Part shown: one piece after another, positions 41,640-54,956 of the stretch | How positions within the stretch are numbered: position 1 is the first letter of the stretch | Layout: every line of letters starts with the position of its first letter | DNA from: Octopus vulgaris | Lineage: Eukaryota | Length of the DNA stretch: 64,000 nt | Direction: 5' to 3' | Assembly: GCA_951406725.2 (NCBI GenBank) | Contig: OX597822.1 | Span: forward strand, 72,850,001-72,914,000 | Position numbers and translations under genes: made by a program | The notes under the pieces: generated by a model | What the model saw: the letters and a program-made list of their open reading frames with translations, nothing else | Databases searched by the model: none | Told to the model about the DNA's origin: nothing

Positions 41640-42030
41640 GTAATATTTAGCTGTGACATTTGTGGTCCTTAGATAGGAGCCATGCCGCCGTGACACTGTC
41701 TTGTAGTATCTAGTCCAACAAATCGCCTCAAATACTTATTTATTTTTATGAAGTAGTCTTCGGAGGGAGGGGACATATTGCAACCCCAAAGGCATACACG
41801 TATATGTGTGTATGTATGTGTGTGCATGTGTATACTTGTGTGCGCGCACGCGTGTGTGTATACGTATGTATGTAGGTATATAACGGGTTCATATCAGTTT
41901 CCGTCGACCAAATCTACTTAAAGGCTGTGGTCAACTCGATGCTATAGTAGAAGACACTTGTCCAAGGTATCACCCAGTGGAACTGAACCCAAATTCCATT
42001 GTCAGCAAGACAGTTTCTTAACCACACATC
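41640..42030 (-). mobile_element. SINE family B (old, decayed)
   Basis: TCAGTTTCCGTCGACCAAATC...GCTATAGTAGAAGACACTTGTCCAAGGT. Confidence 0.7.
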
Positions 42031-42614
42031 TAATATTTTTTCTCTGTTACTTCCTCCGTGTTCCTGTAATAATTTTCGTTCCGCATGCATCCTAAAATTA
42101 CTGTCCACACAAACACAGCTAATCCATACCTTTATTCGAGATAACCAAATCTCCCAGAAAAATATATTGAATTGAATAAAAATAATCTACTATAATAAAC
42201 AAAACGTGGTTGATCATCAATATCATAAAAACGTTGGATAACTACCCTGTAGTAACTTTTCCGGTTCTTGGTGTTTTGAAATGATATGCCCCCGAGGTAA
42301 GCTTTACATTTCGCCAGTCTAAGGTCGACAAAGAAGAACCGTGTAAAGTAGATTTGTTTTTCCCATATACTCTAAAATTAGATACGCTCTTCTATGAATG
42401 GTTAGCTGGGAAACACCTCATAATGTTTTTTCCCTCTATGGAATGGTGTATGGTTGAACTAAAGTCTAGTAACCTATTCGTATGTAGCAAACAGCAAAAA
42501 TTGTCCGAAGCAACCCGAGAACTGCGGACGGTCCGATGTGCTGCTGTCTATATAATGATTTAACATTTTTTTTTAAACATGGCAAGAACTCACCATAGAC
42601 TTTCATATAAAGAC

Positions 42615-42966
42615 AACGTCATATATCTACTCAATCATTATCGGCATTGGGTTAAATAACTGCTGTGTGGACACCCCCAGGCAATGAAGTAGACTAGCCC
42701 AATATGTAGATATAGAGGGAGAAGTCTGGACGACAGGAGTAGAAGAAGAAATGGAGTGGGGCCCATGCAGCCATTTCATTTTTTCCATTTTTATATAATA
42801 TTCATCCTCATGTGTTTTATGTATATTGTCCCCACTGTGGTGTTGTGTCTCTCCTTGTAGTGTCCCACTCTGTGTTAGTGGCCATGGTGCCAAATAAAGA
42901 GAAAAGAAAAGTGTAGAAGAAAAGTTGAGAGAGTTGAGTAGAGATCATCCGAATCTGCGACGTAAC
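42615..42966 (+). mobile_element. Possible solo LTR
   Basis: GC-richer island with TATA-like GATATAGAGGG, AATAAA (42892) and terminal ...GTAACA. The 5' TG end and TSD are not recognisable. Confidence 0.3.
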
Positions 42967-43485
42967 AATAACAAAAGCCTAAATCTACGGTGTGTATTGT
43001 AAAGTGTCGCCATGACCGAAATTATGAGAAATAGAGAAATTTACTCATACAGAGTATACGGGAAACCGAAAATAGGAAAATAATAGTAATTAAACAATAA
43101 TAACAACCATTGCTGTAGCAAAGCAGCTACAGCGTCATTTGCAGCAAGAAACTTATAATTTCTTATTTCAAGTTATTTTATTTGCCAATCCCATTGTTTG
43201 TGACACCAATGAAGCGAGTGATTCATTCCCTTGTCTTACATAAAAAAATATCAATTACTACTATTACCACTAGTAGTAGTATTAGTATTAGTAGTAGTAG
43301 CAGCAATCGCAGCAGTAGTAGTTGTAGTAGTAGTAGTAGGTTTCTTCTTTACCAAATGTCTAATTAAATAAAATTTCTCTAAGAAAAGCTGGTCTAATCT
43401 CTTCCATACGCAGAAAATTACAAACGCAGGCGTGCAGACAAACGCACACATCACTACACACACGTATACGGACGTGTGCAGAGGG

Positions 43486-43559
<74 letters not shown>

Positions 43560-43892
43560 GTATAGATGCATCCACACGAATGTAATAGTTAAAATTCCTC
43601 AACACCAAGAGAAAATTATAGATTACTTTAAAAAAAAAATACTAAAAAAAGAACATCATCAAAGAATATAGCGGAAGCGCAGTCAGTCAGGTAAATTATT
43701 TTTCAACTTTCTTTTATTGTATTAACCCTATTTAATCCTATTAGTTCGGACATCTTGTCTTGTTTTGCAGGGAAATAAATCTTCAAAGTTAACGAAAATT
43801 TCGAATTATATTTGCTTTCTGTCTTTCGCTTTGTTTTCAAGTTGGGAAAAAATATATACGACTTCTTTGTGCGCTTCATTATGTGCGCACAT

Positions 43893-43944
<52 letters not shown>

Positions 43945-44330
43945 TGTGTCCTTGTTTTCTGTTAAATCACAGAATAACAAATAACTCGTTTAACCATGTC
44001 AAACAAACGTCTAATATTTTTTTCTCTCATGCATATATTTTGAGCAACATGTATAACAACAAACTTAATAAGAACAATAACAGCAATAACAATAATACTA
44101 CGGATAATATATTTTTAATTTATTAGCCGCAAGGACTCAGAGATGTATAATAAAATTCAAATAACGATAAATAATTTCGTACAAATTGTGTGAGGTGAGG
44201 CAGTTGTATTATACACATACGAGGAAAGGAGTGAAATGTGAATTTAAAAATTAAAAAAAACAAGCTATAGATATTTATAGAGAATAAATATAAAAGTTCA
44301 AAAATAAAAACAATAACTAAAGCGTGATAA

Positions 44331-44561
44331 GGCGGCGAGCTGGCAGAAACGTTAGCACGCCGGGCGAAATGCGTAGCCGTATTTCGTCTGCCGTTACGTT
44401 CTGAGTTCATATTCCGCCGAGGTCGACTTTGCTTTTCATCATTTCGGGGTCCGTAAATTAGGTACCAGTTACGCACTGCGGTCGATATAATCGACTTAAT
44501 CCGTTTGTCTGTCCTTATTTGTCCTCTCTGTATTTAGCCCCTTGTGGGTAGTAAAGAAATA
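44331..44561 (+). mobile_element. SINE family A, full-length young copy
   Basis: GGCGGCGAGCTGGCAGAA A-box region, GAGTTCATATTCC B-box, central TTTCATC..TTCGGGGTC..TAAATTA.GTACCAG domain, tail GTAAAGAAATA. Confidence 0.9.
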
Positions 44562-47024
44562 GGCGTATTGTGTGTTTGTGTGTTCTGCCTTGTTCGCCTC
44601 ATCTCAGCTTCATCCATTCTTCAATAGAAAACACTGATTTCCTTATTCTCCCTTGGGACACCAGCAACTCACTTCTATATATATATATTTCTTGAATAAA
44701 CATTCTGTTCTCAAATACATTTCTTAACTTTATTATGGCTTGTTTGATAACATTTTGAAAAATAATTGAGTTATTAATTAAAGAATGATCATTTTAATAG
44801 CTATTATTAATATTAATTAGCTAATCAAAATTCTTTTGGCAACATACTCCACTAATTTCATATCTTTCGTTTTTATTGAGACTTTTAACATTTTTATTGT
44901 ATAGATTTTTTTCGTTTTTTTAACCAGAGCTTAATTTAAGTCCAAAATTTAACTCCATGGGTATCTCGATCAAGACGCCAGTCACTAATCTACATTAATT
45001 ATTTGCCGCAAGTGGAAACAAATTTCTGATTTCAATATAATATGCAAAACCTTAATTCATACAGAAATAGAAAAAAAAGATTCAGCAGAAAGAAGAGTTA
45101 ATAGAAATTCAGATGTTAAGAAGGCCTCGCGTTTATTGTTGCTGTAATACATTAACCATTAGTAAAGGTTAATGTATAAGTTCTTGTGGGACAGAGCAGA
45201 GAAGAGCTAAAATGAATCTTGCGATGCTCTACACTGCAATTGGTTATTAGTAAGAGACAATCTCCTGTGGAGTTCGTACTGTGACACAGTTTGGATTTCT
45301 CTTTCTAGAAATCATTTTATTTCACTTCTTTATAGTAATTTTCCGAGATGTCAGATTATATTTTCCCTCACGGCATACTAACATGATTTTTTATAAACTT
45401 TCTTGAACTGACTTTGTTATATCCCCTTATTACTTTCTACTCAGATTTCAGTGTTGTTCTTATGTTTACTGTTGATTAACCTTGTTCCGGAATAAAACGA
45501 TGTATGAAATAAGAAACTAGGTCTCAATGAAGCGTTTAAAGAGGAGGAAGAAAATGAATTTGAACGCGGGATAGCAAGTCAATTAATCATCATCAATTTC
45601 TTTATGATTTAACAACCTTTAACGGTGTGTTATATTACACGTGCTATTTACTTTGAACTAGATAGACTTAGCCATTTAAGAGGTAAGTGATTTGAGCACG
45701 GACACAAGTAGCACCAAGAGCAAGTATACAATAATTGACAACTCCGTTGGTTATCCAGTAATATATCAACTGTCTCATTCGTCATCTTTTCTTGAGAAAC
45801 GTAAACATTGAAACTTTCATTTTCACATATACGTCCATTGATACAATTATCCAGCGCTCACATACAGTATCCAATTCAATTGAAATAGTCAGGCGATCTA
45901 CTCTGCTTATGAACGATATAAGAGGTAAATATAACGTTTCTTTGCTTTTTCAGTGTTTTAGCAAATGGGTTACACAGACAAAAGCAATCAACAAAATGTT
46001 CATTGGTTCGTATCACGTTTCCACTGAAGTGCAGTATCCATGGCATTCATAAAAATAACTTTCAATTCATATCTCACTCTAAATAACCATCTTCCAAATA
46101 ACCACAAGAAACAGTTACATGAGACAACTCATACACAAAAACACTGAAGATATATCATATTGCAAAACTATTTCTCACAACTGGTACAGGACGAAAATAT
46201 TGTAGCAGGTCCATAATTGATCACATGAAAACAAATTCAAAAGTTATACTTTATCGTTTCAGTTACACTTACTACAGAAAAATAGGAAATTTGAAACAGA
46301 AAATGAGCTAGGTTCCAGGCGTTATGAAGTTTCATATTATTACTATTCAATTACAATATTCGTAGCTTTTGGTCTGCTGTGGAAGTGCAACCTAGAAGGT
46401 TATAGACTGCAGTATACATTAGCTTTTTGTAATTAATGATGTAAACTCTACGTTTCTGTTTGACCGGATAGAAATAACAGCCAAATATTTCTCTTATCAT
46501 ATTCTAGGAATTTAAAAGAAAACGAAGACATTTAGATAAAAATATTCGCGATGGTCATAACTAGAATGTTTCGGTCAAATACCTGCCCGATCAGAACCAA
46601 CTTGAAGCTAAACAGAAGCAACAGCAACAGTTAATATCTGATAGGTCCCGATTTTAAGATATAATAAAAGAGAATCAGATCTCAATCAGTCTGTCCGTCT
46701 AGGATCTATTAGAGGGAGGGATAGAAGGGGAGGAATCAAAATATACGTCCTAACGTATTTTTAGAAGGGCAGGAGGAAAATTTTGTTTTTTAAAGAGAGA
46801 GAAAGGGAGAGAAAAAAGAAAGGGAGAGTGAGATAGCAAGAGTATGTGTTTCCGCGCACGCGCATATGTGCATAATAGAAAGATAAATAAATAGTGTTGT
46901 TACTATAGTAACTAAGAAGGTTTGATTAAAAACGTGGGACTTCTAAGTGCAAATCTCTCAACACAAGACACTGACTTCTCAAAAAGGCTATATATATATA
47001 TATACATATATATATATTATATAT

Positions 47025-47240
47025 TACGGAGATGTACTTGCATAGCAAGTGATTTGATCTGAGATCGTGTGCTGAAACGAAAACAATTGCAGCGTGGAAG
47101 GTGTTTGTAAGCCATTTAAGAAACGCACAAAAGCCGTTCGATTCACTTCAACATTTAAGTTTAATTTGTCAAAATATTTTCGTCGCTTTAAGATCGCGAC
47201 CTGTTCACTGACAAAATTCCGTGTTGCATCCGTGATGCAA
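47025..47240 (-). mobile_element. Short hammerhead-bearing element between (TA)n tracts
   Basis: Unique ~215-bp island bounded by TA repeats. Contains the fold at 47165-47215. Confidence 0.7.
47165..47215 (-). ncRNA. Minimal type I hammerhead ribozyme, G3-C8 variant
   Basis: Minus strand: tttgtca-GTGAACA-g-gtcgc-gatcttaaa-gcgac-GAAA-atat-TT-tgacaaa. 7-bp stem I, 5-bp stem II, palindromic AATATT stem III. Confidence 0.7.
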
Positions 47241-47241
47241 T

Positions 47242-47275
<34 letters not shown>

Positions 47276-48076
47276 ATCATTTTTGGGGCTGTTCGTGTGT
47301 GTGAGTTTCTGTGTTCCCCAGCAGACAGAAAGACAGATAGATACAACGCAACGGACTTTAGAATAAGATCTTCACATTAAACAATTTTTAAGGTATGTGC
47401 GTGATTAATAAATATTTTACCGGCACATAGCAACGACCGAGTATATTTAGTCAATGACCGAGTATTGACTAAATATAAGTAACTGTAGATGTGAAGATTC
47501 AGCTTAACTGAATTGATAATGCTGGTACATGATTTTAAAACTTGTCTTTAAATCACTTCTATAGTTATCGCTGCTTCTCTATTTTTTCCTTCTGCGACAC
47601 AAGCCATGTCTTTCTATGATATTTCAAATTTTTGAAAGTCAGTGTAAACTGTGAAACCGGTTAAATCATTAAATATAATAATAAATAATATTTTAACTAT
47701 TCTCAGTGCATTTTTCCTATATATATATATATATATCAGAGAGAAGAAAAAGAAAATGGAGATTGGAAAGTGAATAATAATTATGAAAAAATTAAACATC
47801 TTCACTTACAGCTGTTTCAATTAATATTCAGTAAATATTAAATAAATATTAAAGTTACATATATGTATATTATATATATACATATATATATATACAATGA
47901 ATTACCATTCACAGGGAAGATGTCTGGTATAATGAATTCATAAACACATATAAAACATCCAGGTTTTTTTTTTCTCTCTGAATATATTATACTCAGGTCA
48001 TATAAATGTAAATTTAATATTTACTTAATATATACTCAGTATTTTTTTTCTTCTTTCCTATGAATATAATCTATAT

Positions 48077-48114
<38 letters not shown>

Positions 48115-48116
<2 letters not shown>

Positions 48117-48194
48117 CAAGGGATGGTTTCATCTAAGAAAATATTGGTTCAGTACTTAGCTTCTTTTTGGGGGGATTAATTTCCTTAAAATAAT

Positions 48195-48248
<54 letters not shown>

Positions 48249-48323
48249 ATTATTTTAAGGAAATTAATCCCCCCAAAAAGAAGCTAAGTACTGAACTATC
48301 CTTAGATGAAACCATCCCTTGAA
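48115..48323. repeat. Palindrome centred on (TA)n
   Basis: ~80-bp arms 48115-48197 and 48246-48323 are near-perfect reverse complements around a TA tract. Confidence 0.9.
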
Positions 48324-48345
48324 GAACTTAACACCACATCTAATC

Positions 48346-48394
<49 letters not shown>

Positions 48395-48965
48395 TGTATG
48401 TATATTTTAGAAGGGCTATATTTATGTATGCAGGTATATATATATGTATGTATGCATGTATGTTTCTGTGTGTACATGTCTATGTATGTGTATCTTTGTA
48501 TGCTTCTATCAGTGGAAACAGACACGGTTGAACGTCGTAATTGCGCACCAGCAATAAGAATTATCTCACTCATTTTCCCTACTTCCCCCCTCTCTCACTC
48601 TTTCTTTCTCGTCCTTTCTCAAGTTTCATTCTGTTTTATCAATAGATCTTGCCATCCTACTAGAGATATTCAACAGTCACAAACATTATTCTCGTCGCTG
48701 TAGATTATTGCAATTATATCGTGTAGAAAATCTAGGCAATATCCGTATCCCATTTTTATTTTGCTTTGCTACGTGGTATACACGATATTCTCTCAGATAT
48801 TAACACTGTTATGTATCTTCTATTATAGGCATTTTCAATGTTCTTCTTTGGCGCTATAACTCTTGTTATTTTTATTTCTATTGATGTAGACCTCAACATA
48901 CCGTACGGAATCCACTAGAACCGAATCTCCATCTTTCTCTCTCTCCCCTTCTCCCTCTGTATATA

Positions 48966-49016
<51 letters not shown>

Positions 49017-49273
49017 GTATGTGTGTTTGTGTGTGTGTGTGTGTGTGTGCGTGTGTATGTATATATATACACGCTCATATATAAGCGTATTTATGCATAT
49101 GTATGTATGTGAATAAGGTTGTCCTAAAACTGAAGTTGTGGTCCTATTAGTAAAATCCCAAATTTGTAATAATAATATTATAATTGATAATGTTAGCTTT
49201 GCATTAGTAAAGTGTAAAATAGTAAATATCCTGATAACCTGGAATAATTATTTTTTCTTAAGGTTTATTTAAA

Positions 49274-49327
<54 letters not shown>

Positions 49328-49360
49328 GGGGTAGGTGTATGTGTAAGCATGTATGTATGA

Positions 49361-49408
<48 letters not shown>

Positions 49409-49587
49409 CGCGTGTATAGACATATTTATGCATTTGTATATATGTGTGTGTGTGCGTGTATAATTTGTAAACGAAGGGCGAATATACTAGTCTATACATG
49501 GTGTAGATTACGCTTCATTCTTCGTATGTAAGAGTCTTGATGTGAACGCGTGTGTTGAAATATATTTTTGTTGTATATCGGTTGGAT

Positions 49588-50143
49588 CCATTACCCCAAT
49601 AATTTCGAAAGCACGCACTGGTACAATTTGACTACTTTTATTCTTAGTCAGTTGGTTCGTTACCTAACCCCTTAACTTATCGATCGTTTGGGGTATAATA
49701 TTGCTTAAACAATCAATTTTTGTCAAAGTTCTTTCATCGCTATTCGAAACCTCATGAATAATACGATCTTTCTTGTCCACATCTGTCTAAGAAGTAGCCC
49801 AAACTGTGTCTCTTTACATGTAGGGGTGTAGAGATAAGAAGGTGTTGTTATTTAATGAACTGAAACGTGAGAATAAAGGAAGAGTATATATGTGCATGTG
49901 TGTAACCATTCCTCGAAATCTCCACACGCTTACATGTGAACAGACATAGGACTAATTCTCAGACAGACACGAGACAGACCTGGAAAAGACAAGTTACATC
50001 AATGGGGTCGAGAATAACGATGAGAAGACTTTGACAAACAATGGCTTCATTGTTTATCCAACAAATTAAACAAGCGATCGATTATTTAGTTGGTTAGATA
50101 ACTAATCAATTGACTGCGTGTGTTTATTATAATTGGAGTAATG
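49588..50143. repeat. Old degenerate inverted repeat (~240-bp arms)
   Basis: 49588-49835 aligns by eye to the reverse complement of 49917-50143 (e.g. TTTGTCAAAGTTCTTTCATCG vs CGATGAGAAGACTTTGACAAA). Confidence 0.7.
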
Positions 50144-50604
50144 ACGTCCCCTACATGCAACAAGAAGTGTAGATTTTTGCTGATGATTTGAATATTGCTC
50201 TTATTTCACTCGCGAGACTAGAGCTGTAGCTGAATCCCTAACACACACGCGCATACACACACACACACACATACAAGAGTGAAGAACAGATGTGTATATA
50301 TACACAGGCTTAACCATCCATATGTGCGCATATTGGTCAGAGTAATGGGTCAATGATGAAGTTTAATCAAATCTGAAATCAGCGCTGATATGACTCCATC
50401 TCGCTTGCCGTAGGGAGGGAGCTTGTTTCCCTTGTCATTCATTAGAAAACTGCTTTCAGGTGGCTAAGAGTTGTTTTGATTCTTATTTTTAGCAAGGCTA
50501 GTGCTCACTAGCACCCTTCTTCACTTTAGTGACGACTATTCTTGTTGCCCTTGGGTTCTAAATTGCGAATGACCACCTTAACAATTCACACATACACACA
50601 CACA

Positions 50605-50664
<60 letters not shown>

Positions 50665-50670
<6 letters not shown>

Positions 50671-51105
50671 AATTCAGGGTGAATACTTGATAAATGTAAG
50701 CACCTGTATGTGCCAGCTAGTAGCATAGGTGAGAGGATATATGTATCAAATGAAATAAAATGAAAAACAGGACACAAAGTATGTCGCGATAAATATGTTT
50801 CGAGCTTTATAGAACAACTTATTCTTACATCAATGCATAATAGACATAACAGATAGTTCAAAGCCCTCTTCAGCCGCATGCAATTGCTACACCAAAGACT
50901 TGTATCACATTATGAAAGGTTTGAGAAAAAACATTTGGTATTGTTTATAATGGTAGGTAAACCGAGTATCACTGGGAAAGTTTTGAACTATCTGTTATGT
51001 CGATTATGCATTGATGTAAGAATAAGTTGTTCTATAAAGCGCGAAACATATGTACCGCGACATCCTTCGTGTCCTGTTTTTCATTTTATTTCATTTGATA
51101 CATAT
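50665..51105. mobile_element. TA-flanked element with ~125-bp inverted arms
   Basis: 50737-50862 vs 50982-51105. The arms contain a GAAA-CATATG-TA palindromic hammerhead-like 3' half. Confidence 0.8.
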
Positions 51106-51171
51106 ATATATATATATATATATATAAGTAAAGAAATAGATAACCGAAAGGCCCTTTCTGTTGTATGTATG

Positions 51172-51202
<31 letters not shown>

Positions 51203-52039
51203 GAATATATCAATGTTTACAAATAACACGGAAAAATGAATAAATAGTTACCAGGGTAGCAGAAATTCACATAAGTGCCAAGTATGTTACAGCCTATATA
51301 AAAAGGTAGAAGTTCCCGTGTTTAATGAACTGCTTTTATGTAATAGATAAATTAAGAAATGGAATTAAACGCAGGTGTTATTCAAATCTTTATACATTCG
51401 ACATATGTTTCTAAGATGACATTGGTATCATTCCTGGGGGAATATAATGATGTAAAACATATATATATTTACATATATATATATGTGTGTGTGTGTGAAT
51501 GTGTATGTGCGCGCGTGTGTGTATGTTTTGAATATTTTTTTTAACATACTATATCTGTACACCACACCTAACACTCTCTATCTCTATATATTCTGTATTG
51601 TATTGTCATGTATGAATGGAAGTACTTGTAGGGAAAGTGTAAATGTTGCGTGAATTTTGTAATTAAGGAAACATTTTCGTTATAGATTAATGTATTCGTC
51701 GTTGTAATTCAATATTTTTCACGGTTAAGAAAGTGCCTAAATACAAACAAATAATGTTTTTGCAAAACGAGAATGTTTAGCTAAAAGGTTGTAGAGAACT
51801 TTTTTAATGCTATATTATAGAACAAACATTCTGATTGGAGGAAAGCAGGAATATATTTTCCAGAAGAATAGATTCTCTAAAACCATCTTTGATAAGATTT
51901 AACCATAATTACAAAATGCAGTTGGAGAGATAATTACCTTGCCAAGAACATAGTTTGCAACGTGACGAACTTTCTCCTTAACCCGACGAATAATAAATTC
52001 TGTTACATTTGTTTAACGTAAGGAAGCCTTAACAATAAT

Positions 52040-52170
52040 GGTTTCAAATTTTTGCGCAAGGCCAGTAAGTTCGTGGGAAGAGCTAAGTCAATGACTTCGT
52101 GTTCAACTGGTACTTATTTATCAACACCGAAAGGGTGAAAAACAAAGTTAAGCGGGGTGGCATTTCAATT
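52040..52170 (-). mobile_element. SINE family A fragment
   Basis: CAACTGGTACTTATTTATCAACACCGAAAGGGTGAAA. Confidence 0.65.
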
Positions 52171-52319
52171 CAGGACAAAATGCCGATTTTATATATTCGT
52201 GTCTATATATATATATATATATATACTTACATATATCTATATATATCTATACATATCTATACATATACATACATACATATACATACATACATACATACAT
52301 ACATACATACATACATACA

Positions 52320-52351
<32 letters not shown>

Positions 52352-52374
52352 CATATATATATAATTATATACAT

Positions 52375-52421
<47 letters not shown>

Positions 52422-52599
52422 GTATATATATATGTATATACATATGTGTGAGAGAGAGAGAGAAGAGGATTTGAAAATGCAGAGACCATTTAAAGATGTT
52501 TATTGATTTGACCGGTTTCACTTTGATTAAGAAAAGATTTTCGATTCGAAAGTAAAGTGTAAGATTAAGAAAAGATTTTCGAAAGTAAAGTGTAAAGTG

Positions 52600-53165
52600 T
52601 AATACATAGATGTATTAAAATATAATGATAGAGTCTTGGACAATGATAAGAAAATGTGTTTCAAAAAGTTTACATAAAAGTATTAAAAATTCGCAAATAA
52701 AATAAGCTTATAATTGCTTATATGCTCATCAGAAATCATATTTGTTTATAAGCATATATCAGAAAGAATTTGTATACAGTATTTGATAAGAGAAATCGTA
52801 TATTGCTTTGTGAAAAGTTCATCTGAAATCGTAGATCCATATTAGTTAAAGTCCTTCTATTTTAAACATCCATTTGCTACCATTCTGTTATTGAAAGTTA
52901 AAATGTTCGCGTTTTTTTCTGGATAGTTTGTAAAGAGGAGCCAGTTAATGCAAATAACATCCCTTCTCTATATAACCCTCCTTTAATGTTAGGGAACTTC
53001 CCTTTTGTTTTTGAAAGCTGAAATAAGTCAATTTTGTAATTTGAGCTGCGTTTGAAGACCCCATTGTTACATCAAAGTTATCTTGAAGACCATTTCGAGT
53101 CCAGCTCTTATCCCTAAACGATATTAATGGTTTCCTGGCAGTCATTATTATGTCTTTCTCGAATA
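52600..53165 (-). mobile_element. Penelope-like element RT remnant
   Basis: ORF 52945-53145 contains NFDVTMGSSNAAQI (PLE FDVTMGS motif), followed by a frameshifted GLYR-like motif. Confidence 0.75.
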
Positions 53166-53169
53166 CATA

Positions 53170-54429
53170 GATAGAGTGTCCCAGAAAGTTTTACTCATGT
53201 TTAAAACACTTCCTAAAGAATATCGGTTTAGGTAATATTATCTAAATTTTACATTAAGATTTGCATATGCCTTTTGTTCATGTGTTTGTTGTTTTGTTCG
53301 TCAATAACAGGTTTGTAAACAACATGACATTGAAAGCAAAGCGTGACCAGATTATCACTTTGGAAGCAACTGGAGTGAGCAACAAGGCTGTAACAAAGCA
53401 GTTGAAAGTGTGCTGATATATGGACTCCGTTACTACCTCTAGCAAGCCAATTCCTGGTAGAAAGCGATCAATTAGTACCAAACAAAGTGTTGAAGCCGCC
53501 AAGAAACGAATGAACCGAAATCCCGCAGCAGTGAAAGAAAAACTTCAAAAGCTCTTGATATTTCGAAATCGTCAATGCACATGATTTTTGAAGCAGATTT
53601 AAAGCTGACTGCATACAAGAAAACATCCCGACATTTTATTTCTGCAGCTTCCAAGAAGAAACGAATCAACTGGGGTAAAGCTAATTTTGCTGGGATAAAG
53701 CCCGCTGCTAACAAAGTGTTGATCTGGTCCAACGAAAAGGTCTTCGTTATGGGGGTGGGGTTACCAACAGGTAGAATGACAGAATTTATGCACGTAATGC
53801 AAGAAATTTGCCTGAAGTTAGCAGGAGTTATTTACGCCCTCAGAAGCCGGTTTTACGCATGGTGTGCGCCGCAGTTGCATCTGATGTGTCCAAGACTTCC
53901 TTGATACTCTTCAATGCTGGCATCAGAACGACAGTGAAGTTTATATGGAAATTTGGATAAGAAAATGTTACTCCGCGTAACAGAAGCCTTTGGTGGCTGT
54001 TACATGTTCACTTAACACGGGGCCTGGTTCACACATCCAGTTTGACACAGATGTGGTGCAAAGAGTATTTCAGCAGTGTCTAGGATAAGACGATATAGCC
54101 CCCTTCAAGTGAAGACATTATTCCCATGGACTTTGCTATCTTGTCCATCCGAGAGAGTAATGTTTCCTCTCACACTTATTCAAATGTGACCGATCTGTCT
54201 TCTGTCTTCAGGGATAAAGTTGGATGAAGAAAAGGAAAGGCGCTTATGCAACTCAGTGATCACTACTTTACAGGCTATGATCAAGGCGAAATGTGATTAT
54301 TTTGAAAAGCAATTACTGCAATGAATTGACAATTTGCATCAGAGATGTGCCAAATTTTATTATCTTACCTTAAGATTTTATTTTGAATAATTAAGAAATA
54401 TCAATGGGTAAAAATTGTGGGACACCATG
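53170..54429 (+). mobile_element. Tc1/mariner-superfamily transposon, maT (DD37D)-like, decayed
   Basis: TIRs GTGTCCCAGAAAGTTTTACTCAT / ATGGGTAAAAATTGTGGGACAC. ATG at 53324, then MTLKAKRDQII...PGRKRS...DLKLTAYK...WSNEKVF...PPSSEDIIPMDF. Confidence 0.85.
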
Positions 54430-54442
54430 TATATGTATATAT

Positions 54443-54712
54443 TCTTTCATTTGTTAGTCATTTGACTACGGCCATGCTGGAGCACCGCCTTTAATCGAAT
54501 AAATCGACTCCAGGATTTATTCTTTGTAGCCTAGTATTTATCTTATCAGTCTCTTTTGCCGAGCCGCAACATTACGGGGACGTAAACACACCAGCATCAG
54601 TTGTCAAGCGATGTTGAGAGACAAACACACACACATATATATCTATGTAATATATATGAATATATAAGTGGACACTTGTCCAAGGCGCCATGTAGTGGTA
54701 CTGAACCCGGAA
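54443..54712 (-). mobile_element. SINE family B
   Basis: GGCCATGCTGGAGCACCGCC...GACACTTGTCCAAGGCGCCA. Confidence 0.85.
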
Positions 54713-54902
54713 AATACATATATTCATGTATATAATGCATTTGTACACACACACACACACAAACACTCACACATACATATACATTTATCAAACCGTATTC
54801 TATCCTTTGTTCACTAATTCGTGCGTGCGCGAGCGAGCGCGTGTGTGCGTTTGTGTGTGCGAATCTATCTATAAACATTTACAAACACATATTTATAAAC
54901 TC

Positions 54903-54903
<1 letters not shown>

Positions 54904-54955
<52 letters not shown>
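54904..54955. repeat. (GATA)n
   Basis: Read directly. Confidence 0.95.

Positions 54956-54956
<1 letters not shown>

Noticed and set aside
26840-44420. tRNA-like segments (26845-26910, 38152-38212, 40930-40986, 44331-44420)
   Set aside because: A/B boxes without a complete cloverleaf or acceptor stem, fused to repeat bodies. They are SINE heads, not tRNA genes.
46700-46880. GA-rich stretch with GCGCACGCGC as a promoter
   Set aside because: No linked exon or start site can be supported from sequence alone.
48285-48323. CTGAAC...GAAAC as a hammerhead
   Set aside because: No G8/A9 equivalent, and no stem III or stem I pairing in either arm.
52525-52601. Direct repeats GATTAAGAAAAGATTTTCGA..AAGTAAAGTGTAA as a possible CRISPR-like array
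   Set aside because: Only two units with no unique spacers, in a eukaryotic context. A simple tandem duplication.
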